Below are positions 26,936-33,674 of a DNA stretch of 48,001 nucleotides, piece by piece. The notes under the pieces were generated by a model. The model had not been told where the DNA came from and did no database searches. It saw nothing but the letters and a program-made list of their open reading frames with translations. Source of the stretch: an uncultured Lentimicrobiaceae bacterium (GTDB lineage Bacteria > Bacteroidota > Bacteroidia > Bacteroidales > WCHB1-69); the NCBI GenBank assembly GCA_964598505.1, contig CAZRCF010000001.1, positions 23,479-71,479 of the forward strand, written 5' to 3'. Position 1 is the first letter of the stretch. Each line of letters starts with the position of its first letter. The position numbers and the translations under genes were made by a program.

Positions 26936-27883
26936 ATGGACGTACGATTTTTAAAAGGTATCAGCGAAGCATATGTTATGGATTCTGATTTGAATCAAGA
27001 GCCAGATCAGATTTTCGAAGAACTTTATGATGTTGTAAAATTTCTTCAAACATACGATAATGAACTTTATAACGAATTATATGAAGGAACTAAACTTCAA
27101 CAACAGCGTATACTAAAGAACTATCTTGATATTTCTTTTGAACAAGAAGAACAACCCTTAACAGAAGATATTGTTTTGACAACTGGTGCTGTTATATCAT
27201 TTATTGTAGCAACAATCTTCGGCAAATCTATTGCTAAAGGAATTACAAAAACTTTATCAGTTATTGGTAAAGCGATGGAAACTTTTGGAAATTGGGTATC
27301 CCGTCAAGGGAAATATCAACAAGTTAGATATGCAATAATTCAAGAAAACACTAGAAAATGTTATGCTAAATGTGGTATTCAAAAACCATCTGATATCCAT
27401 GTGCTTACATACGTTTCGATTAAAGCAGGGTCTGCTTCAGGTGGTGAAAAGACGGTTGCTCAAGGAATGTGTTTGAGAGAATGTTATATTGGTGAATTAA
27501 TTGAAACTATTGCACTTCATATGGAAAATTATTTTGCATGTCTTAAGAAAACTGGAAGTTTTGATGTAGTACAGAAAACCGATTCTGATGATATTATGAA
27601 AATGGTTTCTAGTACTAATGTTGCTGCTGCTTGTGAAAGTTATTATACTGCTGCTAAAGAAGCACTTGATAATTTTTATAAAGTTCTTGAATTAGTTTAT
27701 GATTCGTATTCTGAAGCTGATATGCGGCTTGAGAAGGTTAATGCTCTTAGAACTAGAATTTATACAGCAAGACAAACTGTCCAAAATATAGGACAAAAAG
27801 AAATTCAGAGATATGAACGTCCTGCGTTCAAACCTCAACAGAAACAAAATTCAAATACTAAACCAAATTTTAGGAGGAATTAA
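26936..27883 (+). CDS. Probable processed head protein with a hydrophobic segment after LTE
   Basis: Acidic N-terminal propeptide-like region, then PLTE-DIVLTTGAVISFIVATIFG; several Cys. Confidence 0.55.
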   Translation: MDVRFLKGISEAYVMDSDLNQEPDQIFEELYDVVKFLQTYDNELYNELYEGTKLQQQRILKNYLDISFEQEEQPLTEDIVLTTGAVISFIVATIFGKSIAKGITKTLSVIGKAMETFGNWVSRQGKYQQVRYAIIQENTRKCYAKCGIQKPSDIHVLTYVSIKAGSASGGEKTVAQGMCLRECYIGELIETIALHMENYFACLKKTGSFDVVQKTDSDDIMKMVSSTNVAAACESYYTAAKEALDNFYKVLELVYDSYSEADMRLEKVNALRTRIYTARQTVQNIGQKEIQRYERPAFKPQQKQNSNTKPNFRRN

Positions 27884-27886
27884 AAC

Positions 27887-28132
27887 ATGTCAGACGAAAA
27901 AATTGTTACCGAAGCTTATGGAACTTCACGGATTGCTAGAAGTCGCATAGAAAAGATGGGCGCACTTAAAGGTGCATTTGCAATTAGTATTGCTAGATCA
28001 AGTAAAGATCCATTGTATGAACGAATGATCAAATTCAAAAAAGCATACAAAGTTGTTAAAGCTCAGCTTATGCGTAAGTATGGTATTAAAGGTCAAATGG
28101 CTGCTCGTAAGGCTGCTACTTTGCATAAATAA
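27887..28132 (+). CDS. Small basic protein
   Basis: AGGAGG RBS; IVTE then an R/K-rich helix (SKDPLYERMIKFKK). Confidence 0.65.
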   Translation: MSDEKIVTEAYGTSRIARSRIEKMGALKGAFAISIARSSKDPLYERMIKFKKAYKVVKAQLMRKYGIKGQMAARKAATLHK

Positions 28133-28140
28133 ATTTTAAA

Positions 28141-28174
28141 AATTTGAGGGAGATAGAAATGTCTCCCTCAAATT
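28141..28174 (+). terminator. Intergenic hairpin
   Basis: AATTTGAGGGAGAT / GTCTCCCTCAAATT: 13 Watson-Crick pairs plus one G-U. Confidence 0.65.
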
Positions 28175-28189
28175 TGGTTGTTCATAAAT

Positions 28190-28228
28190 TATATAGAAAT
28201 TATAAATTCTCTGATTTCATATAGAAAT
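28190..28228 (+). promoter_or_regulatory. Two YATATAGAAAT motifs upstream of the Cas4-like gene
   Basis: TATATAGAAAT at 28190-28200 and CATATAGAAAT at 28218-28228. Confidence 0.6.
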
Positions 28229-28278
28229 AATAGAAGATATAATTTTTATTTAATTAATAATCGACCCGGAGGCAATAA

Positions 28279-29274
28279 ATGACGCAGTTCAATGATTTAA
28301 TGAAAATGTTAGAAGTATCAGATTTTAATTCTACTCAAGTAGTTGCACAAACAGAGGAAGTTCCACAACCAATTTTTCCGAAAGAAGAAACGCAATCAAT
28401 TGAATCTTCTTATGAGATCTTGCCGAATCTTCCAACAGATTACGAACCATTTAATATTGATAAATTTACTAAAGAACTTTACGAAAAGTCAGCCGTTAAA
28501 AATCAATTGTACAGAGAATCAATTCAGAATATTAGTGCATATGATATTTCATCTGGATGTATAAGAGAGATTATTTATAAATTAAATAATACACCAGTGG
28601 AGTCTTTTGCCGATAAATGGTTACCTATATTAATGAGATCAACAATAGGAACTGCAATTCATGAATTTATTCAAAACAATACTAATCAATTTACTGAAAG
28701 AGAAGTTTCTTTAAAGATTCCATCAATTAGATTCTCAGGAAGATTAGATAATCTAATTGGTCCAAATATGTTAATTGAAATTAAAAGCTGTCCATATTCA
28801 GACTATGAGAAAATCATATCAACTAGAAAACCAAGGCTTACTGACTTTTATCAGTCAATGACCTATAAATATATTTTAGAAAATTATTTAGAAGAAGCAA
28901 GAGATCCGAAAATTAAAGTTCGAAGAGGAACATTAAAACCTAAATTTGATAAATATGATATTAAAACAATTCAATTCATTTATGTTGCTCATGATGTAAC
29001 TGCGACGGATGTAGATTCTTTTGGAGAGATTTTAGAAAGAATTAAGCAATTAAAACGTTTACTTAATTCTAAATCTAATTCATTCTTCTTTATAACTACA
29101 ATGACTGTAGATGTTACAAATGGAGTTGCTGCTCCATTTCTTGAGTATGTTGATAATAAAATTAAAGCTATAAATGATTATATGAATAAACAACAATTGC
29201 CAGATTTAAGTGATCCTTATGTGGATAAGAAAAGTTGTTTCTTTTGTACTTATTCTAGGATATGTGGCAAATAA
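28279..29274 (+). CDS. Stand-alone Cas4-like PD-(D/E)xK exonuclease with four putative Fe-S Cys
   Basis: SAYDISSGC, GTAIHE, SGRLD, IEIKS, Q...Y, C-terminal CFFCTYSRIC. Confidence 0.8.
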   Translation: MTQFNDLMKMLEVSDFNSTQVVAQTEEVPQPIFPKEETQSIESSYEILPNLPTDYEPFNIDKFTKELYEKSAVKNQLYRESIQNISAYDISSGCIREIIYKLNNTPVESFADKWLPILMRSTIGTAIHEFIQNNTNQFTEREVSLKIPSIRFSGRLDNLIGPNMLIEIKSCPYSDYEKIISTRKPRLTDFYQSMTYKYILENYLEEARDPKIKVRRGTLKPKFDKYDIKTIQFIYVAHDVTATDVDSFGEILERIKQLKRLLNSKSNSFFFITTMTVDVTNGVAAPFLEYVDNKIKAINDYMNKQQLPDLSDPYVDKKSCFFCTYSRICGK

Positions 29275-29319
29275 GATTAGAGGAGAAAAAGAATTAATGG
29301 AAAGAGGATTTTAAAATAA

Positions 29320-29355
29320 TTTATTCCCAGAAGTTTAAACACTTCTGGGAATAAA
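29320..29355 (+). terminator. Intergenic perfect hairpin
   Basis: 15-bp stem TTTATTCCCAGAAGT / ACTTCTGGGAATAAA, loop TTAAAC, with a T-rich run shortly after. Confidence 0.7.
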
Positions 29356-29379
29356 AATATTTTTTGTTTAGGGGATTTT

Positions 29380-29538
29380 ATGATTTATATAAAGCCAGAT
29401 TATTGTGCTGATCAAGATTTAATATGTTTAAAATGTGAACTTTTTAAAGATAATAAATGTTCATTATTAGAAGAGCATATTGAAACATTACAAAGAGTTA
29501 ATGATCGAAAGAAACTAATAAAAGAGGATAAATTATGA
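29380..29538 (+). CDS. 52-aa Cys-containing protein (not in ORF track)
   Basis: GGGGA RBS; MIYIKPDYCADQDLICLKCELFKDNKCSLL...; ATGA overlap with the next gene. Confidence 0.55.
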   Translation: MIYIKPDYCADQDLICLKCELFKDNKCSLLEEHIETLQRVNDRKKLIKEDKL

Positions 29539-29990
29539 TTAGTTTAAGCTATTTGTTTGAGCAAGAAGAATCTACTAAAGGGAAATATAAAGTCCCTATG
29601 ATTGAGAAATTAAAAACTCATAAATTAAATCCTAAAACAAATAGGATGAAAAACTTTAGAACTCACAAATATTTATTTACAGATATCCCACCGGAAGAAA
29701 GAACTACTAAAAATCTTCCAAGATATTCAACTAAAAAAGCTAAAGTTCGTTTTCAAGATTGGTTAATGATTGATGCCAAAAAGAGACAACCAGATCATAA
29801 TAGTTTAAGTTGGGGTTGGTCTTCAAATGGAAGTTGTTATGGATGGTCACATAGAGCAATGTATGGTTTTAAAATTGGTGACACTGTAAAATCAGATACA
29901 ATTGGAAACGAAGGTGGAAAAGAATATGTAATTAAAACAAAAGAACAAGCAGAAGAAGCTGCTAAAAAATTTGCAGATGGAGTTAGCTAA
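29535..29990 (+). CDS. Basic hypothetical protein with MISLSYLFE leader
   Basis: Leader; YGWSHRAMYGFKIGD motif. Confidence 0.65.
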   Translation: MISLSYLFEQEESTKGKYKVPMIEKLKTHKLNPKTNRMKNFRTHKYLFTDIPPEERTTKNLPRYSTKKAKVRFQDWLMIDAKKRQPDHNSLSWGWSSNGSCYGWSHRAMYGFKIGDTVKSDTIGNEGGKEYVIKTKEQAEEAAKKFADGVS

Positions 29991-30688
29991 TGATGAAACT
30001 TTCTTATTTATTTGAAAATTCAAGACAAGCTGGAAAAACTACACAAGCTATGGTTGATCATTTTCAGAAGAGAACAAATTTCCATATTGAATTAGTAAGA
30101 AAATATCTTCAAAAGATTATAGATCTTAATGATTCTAGACTTGATAATTATATATTAGAAAAAGAAAAAATGCATGATCAAAGTAAATTTAAAGAACCTG
30201 AATTATCTCCTTATATTATTTTAACATGGTCTTATCATCAGAAAGATCTAAATAAGAAATTTAATCCTTCAGAAGATATTAAAACTAAGATGCAAATTGC
30301 GAGTTTTCACCATGTTAAAAATAATGAACATCATGTAGAAGCATGGGACGAAAATTCTAAAGTTGATTCTATAAATCGAGCAGATAGAGACACACCACCA
30401 GAAAAGATAGTTGATGGTACTAAAATGCCTTTAACTTATGTTGCTAGTATGGTCGCGGATTGGTGTGCAATGTCTGAAGAAAAAAAGACATGTCCATATG
30501 AATGGGCAAAAAAGAATATTAACGTTCGTTGGAAGCTCAATAAAGAACAAGAGAAATTAATCTATGATCTTTTAGATAAGATCTGGGAAAATAGTTGGGA
30601 GGGGGAAAGTTTTAAAACACATCAGATAAGACTGATGAATAAATGCGAAATTAACAGGAGGATTAAATGTCCGCAAAAAAGAAAGTAG
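29990..30688 (+). CDS. DUF5662/HD-like protein with a KLSYLFE leader
   Basis: HDQSKF..PE, HHVKNNEHH, MPLTYV..MVADWCAMS. Confidence 0.6.
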   Translation: MMKLSYLFENSRQAGKTTQAMVDHFQKRTNFHIELVRKYLQKIIDLNDSRLDNYILEKEKMHDQSKFKEPELSPYIILTWSYHQKDLNKKFNPSEDIKTKMQIASFHHVKNNEHHVEAWDENSKVDSINRADRDTPPEKIVDGTKMPLTYVASMVADWCAMSEEKKTCPYEWAKKNINVRWKLNKEQEKLIYDLLDKIWENSWEGESFKTHQIRLMNKCEINRRIKCPQKRK

Positions 30689-30756
30689 TTCCTGCTAAGA
30701 AAGCGCCTGCCAAGAAAGCAGCTGCTCCGGCAAAAAAAAGCTCTAAAAAGAAATAG
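30667..30756 (+). CDS. 29-aa Lys/Ala/Pro-rich histone-H1-like peptide (not in ORF track)
   Basis: AGGAGG RBS 6 nt before ATG; MSAKKKVVPAKKAPAKKAAAPAKKSSKKK. Confidence 0.65.
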   Translation: MSAKKKVVPAKKAPAKKAAAPAKKSSKKK

Positions 30757-30849
30757 GTTATAATACGCAATGGGTGAACATTGTGATAAGATTTACCCTC
30801 TCCATTGTTGTGGTGTTCACTTGTTGCTTATTTAAATAAAACAAAATCG

Positions 30850-30879
30850 AAACGCCCGCCTCCGAAGAGACGGACGTTT
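30850..30879 (-). terminator. Rho-independent terminator with a C(UUCG)G tetraloop
   Basis: Minus strand AAACGTCCGTCTC-TTCG-GAGGCGGGCGTTT followed by CGATTTTGTTTT; two G-U pairs form only on this strand. Confidence 0.8.
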
Positions 30880-30894
30880 GGTGAAGTACTCTGT

Positions 30895-31275
30895 TTATGA
30901 AGCAGCTTCAAAATCCGGCGCAGGTTCAACTCTTGGTCTGAGAATCCTTTCGGGTTCTTTTGCAGGAGCGAATCTTACCGAAACATCGTTTGCTGTTTTC
31001 TTTGTCTTATTGTAGATCGCATCAGCTTGTTTAAGGATGAACTCCTCATACGCAGCTAACTGATCCGGTTGTATAGCGGCTTTCATGCCACCATAACCGA
31101 TCAAAGATACCAGTGCAAACTTCGCCACACCTTTAATAGTGAGACCAGATGTTTTTACTAAGGTTGAGCCACCGTCAATAGGTACAAGCGTCATTGCTAA
31201 CGCTAAACCTGCCAACAAAGGCATTCCTTCGTACACCGCGAAATTTACGACTTTTTTAATTGTTGTATTTTCCAT
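30895..31275 (-). CDS. GC-richer small membrane protein, stand-alone transcription unit
   Basis: AAAGGAG RBS before MENTT (31275); two hydrophobic segments; 43-48% GC in three 60-nt lines counted. Confidence 0.7.
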   Translation of the reverse strand: MENTTIKKVVNFAVYEGMPLLAGLALAMTLVPIDGGSTLVKTSGLTIKGVAKFALVSLIGYGGMKAAIQPDQLAAYEEFILKQADAIYNKTKKTANDVSVRFAPAKEPERILRPRVEPAPDFEAAS

Positions 31276-31347
31276 GATAATATCTCCTTTCAAGAGAGTA
31301 CTTCAATCTGACTGTAATCCCAATGGGTGTCCAGATCTACTAATATA

Positions 31348-31435
31348 ATTTCTATATGAAGATCTTGAATACCAGAAAAATGACATATTTCATATAGAAA
31401 TTATATGAGTAAAACGCGTATTTTTATATAGAAAT
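31348..31435. promoter_or_regulatory. Divergent promoter region with three YATATAGAAAT motifs
   Basis: Minus-strand copy at 31348-31358; plus-strand copies at 31391-31401 and 31425-31435. Confidence 0.65.
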
Positions 31436-31469
31436 AAGGTTTAAAAATGTAATAAAATGGAGGCAAAAA

Positions 31470-32762
31470 ATGAACAATGAGTGCTTTGTAATCGGCGCTT
31501 GGGTCGATACCAAAGAAAAAGAATTAAATCTAATTAACGTAATTAAAGATATTAAGAGTAAAGGTTATCCAGTTTGCTTAGTAACACATTGCGCGGTATC
31601 TACTAAGATACAAGAATTGGTTGATTATTTTATTTTTGAAAAAGAGAACATATTAAGTCTTAATTGGAGATTAACATTTTGGCGAATGAAAGATGGTGTT
31701 AAAGAAGAAAAACCATCATTAGTTGCATACCATGGTGTTGCATGTTTAATGAATATTAGAAATGCAGTTGATTTATTATTAGCTAAAAATCAATTTAAAT
31801 ATATACATTATAGAGAAGCAGATTTAACATATGATTTTGATAAGTATATGGAAGTATTTAAAAATGAAATGTTAGCTAAAGATATGAAATCTTTATTTGT
31901 TCATTATCAAGATGAACGATATAGAACTGATATTTTTTCTGTAGATATTAATTGGTATAATACAGTTGTTCCTAGAGTTCAATCTTGGGAAGAATATATA
32001 GCCACCCCAAGTTCTGGTAATTTGATTCTTGAATATTGGTTATCTGAACAAATTGATAAAGTTACAAATCCTAGTGATTTTGTTTTCATTAAAGATTTAC
32101 CAATTGGTAATAAATGGACTCAAGCGCATTATGTTGATTGGGATGCAGATTCTAGGACACCGTTAGATTTTGTTGATGCACCACCTATATTATTCATGAG
32201 TGAAAATAGAAAAGAAAGCTTCATGAAAGTTCTTGAATTATTATATAAGAATAGAAAGACAAATCCTCAGATTGTGGAAGTTGGTGTAACAAGACAATTA
32301 AGTAATTTGAGCGACGGTGATTCAACAAGTATATGGGCTTGGTATATTTCAAAATATTCTGGTTCATATCATGGTTGTGATATTTCAAAAGATAGTTTAA
32401 AGAATTGCGAGATAACTTTACGCAAATATATTGGTAAAGAAAATGATAAATCACAATCAATATTTTTAACTTGTAAGGATGGACTTGAATTCTTAAATAA
32501 TTATAATAAACCAATTGATTTATTATATTTAGATACTTGTGATTGGGTTAGGGGTTCTTATGAATCAGGAATATATCATTTAAAACTTTTATTGGAAGCT
32601 GCTAACAAAATTACAATAGGTGGATATCTTATGTTTGATGATACCTTTGATGTTGATTCATTTGAAGGTAAAGCGGAGATAGTGATACCATATTTATTAG
32701 GTGGAAATAATTTTACATGTATTCATAAAGGGTATCAATTTATATTCCGCAGAGATGTCTAA
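31470..32762 (+). CDS. Two-domain protein: unknown (glycosyltransferase-like?) N-domain plus class I SAM methyltransferase (Methyltransf_24-like)
   Basis: IVEVGVTR, YHGCDIS, PIDLLYLDT, GGYLMFDD, GKAE in the C-terminal half. Confidence 0.6.
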   Translation: MNNECFVIGAWVDTKEKELNLINVIKDIKSKGYPVCLVTHCAVSTKIQELVDYFIFEKENILSLNWRLTFWRMKDGVKEEKPSLVAYHGVACLMNIRNAVDLLLAKNQFKYIHYREADLTYDFDKYMEVFKNEMLAKDMKSLFVHYQDERYRTDIFSVDINWYNTVVPRVQSWEEYIATPSSGNLILEYWLSEQIDKVTNPSDFVFIKDLPIGNKWTQAHYVDWDADSRTPLDFVDAPPILFMSENRKESFMKVLELLYKNRKTNPQIVEVGVTRQLSNLSDGDSTSIWAWYISKYSGSYHGCDISKDSLKNCEITLRKYIGKENDKSQSIFLTCKDGLEFLNNYNKPIDLLYLDTCDWVRGSYESGIYHLKLLLEAANKITIGGYLMFDDTFDVDSFEGKAEIVIPYLLGGNNFTCIHKGYQFIFRRDV

Positions 32763-32773
32763 AGGAGTTAATT

Positions 32774-33655
32774 ATGGATTTTAACGAATTGTTATTAGAG
32801 GTGTCAAAATTTAGAAGCGAAATTTTGAAAGATATTGATCGAAATTTTGATCTTATAAAGAAAGATAAAAAAGATCTTGCCGCCAAAAAAGAATTAGTAA
32901 AGAATATTAAAGAATTTGCGAGTGTTAAGAATATAATACTAACGGTAAAGAAAGATTATTTTAATGCTGCTGTTATTCCATTATACAATCAATCGCTCTC
33001 GATGGATCTTTTAAATATCTTTAAAGATTATAAACCTGAAGGTGATATAAAAGATATTGAAGTTGTTGATGAACCTTCTAAATATATTATAAAATTATAT
33101 ATTATATTTGGCGAAGAACTTATCGATAAATTTTCTGCAAGAGAATTAACGGCAATTCTCTTGCATGAACTTGGTCATAGTTTTACATACACTTCTAATT
33201 TACCAAGAATTTTATTATCATTATTTCAGAAAAGTGTTGGAATTGTTGGAGTAACATTACGATATCCGCTCTTATGGATATTTAATTTAATTACAATTCC
33301 GGCTTATTTGGCATCAACATTGATTATTATAACAGTTGTAAGATCGTTAACTTTTATAGAACACAGAAGTGAATATAAAGCAGATCAATTTGCTGTTAAA
33401 TATGGATATGGTGATGAAATGGTCAAAGTATTATATATACTTCACGGCAAAGAAAAAGAAGAGGCTTCTAAGGAAGCTTGGTGGAAGAAAATTTGGAATT
33501 TTATTGAAGATATTTTTTCACCTTCATCACATCCAACAAGTTCAAATAGAATTAAAGAAGTTAATACGCATTTAATAAACGAATATAAGAAACTTTATCC
33601 AAAGTTATCAAATGAATTAAATATAATTTTAAAAGATATTACTAAAAGTTCATAA
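32774..33655 (+). CDS. M48-family Zn metallopeptidase
   Basis: ELTAILLHELGH, a hydrophobic segment, SEYKADQFA..YGYG, HP....RI; N-terminus MDFNELLLE. Confidence 0.8.
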   Translation: MDFNELLLEVSKFRSEILKDIDRNFDLIKKDKKDLAAKKELVKNIKEFASVKNIILTVKKDYFNAAVIPLYNQSLSMDLLNIFKDYKPEGDIKDIEVVDEPSKYIIKLYIIFGEELIDKFSARELTAILLHELGHSFTYTSNLPRILLSLFQKSVGIVGVTLRYPLLWIFNLITIPAYLASTLIIITVVRSLTFIEHRSEYKADQFAVKYGYGDEMVKVLYILHGKEKEEASKEAWWKKIWNFIEDIFSPSSHPTSSNRIKEVNTHLINEYKKLYPKLSNELNIILKDITKSS

Positions 33656-33674
33656 AAGAAGTGAGGTGATATAG

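Noticed and set aside
28279-29274. Cas4 as evidence of a CRISPR-Cas locus
   Set aside because: No cas1/cas2, effector genes or array in the window; solo Cas4-like nucleases are common in phages.
29990-30688. Possible frameshift at the 3' end, given the odd C-terminal tail
   Set aside because: The tail is adequately explained by overlap with the RBS and start of the H1-like micro-gene; no slippery site plus structure was seen.
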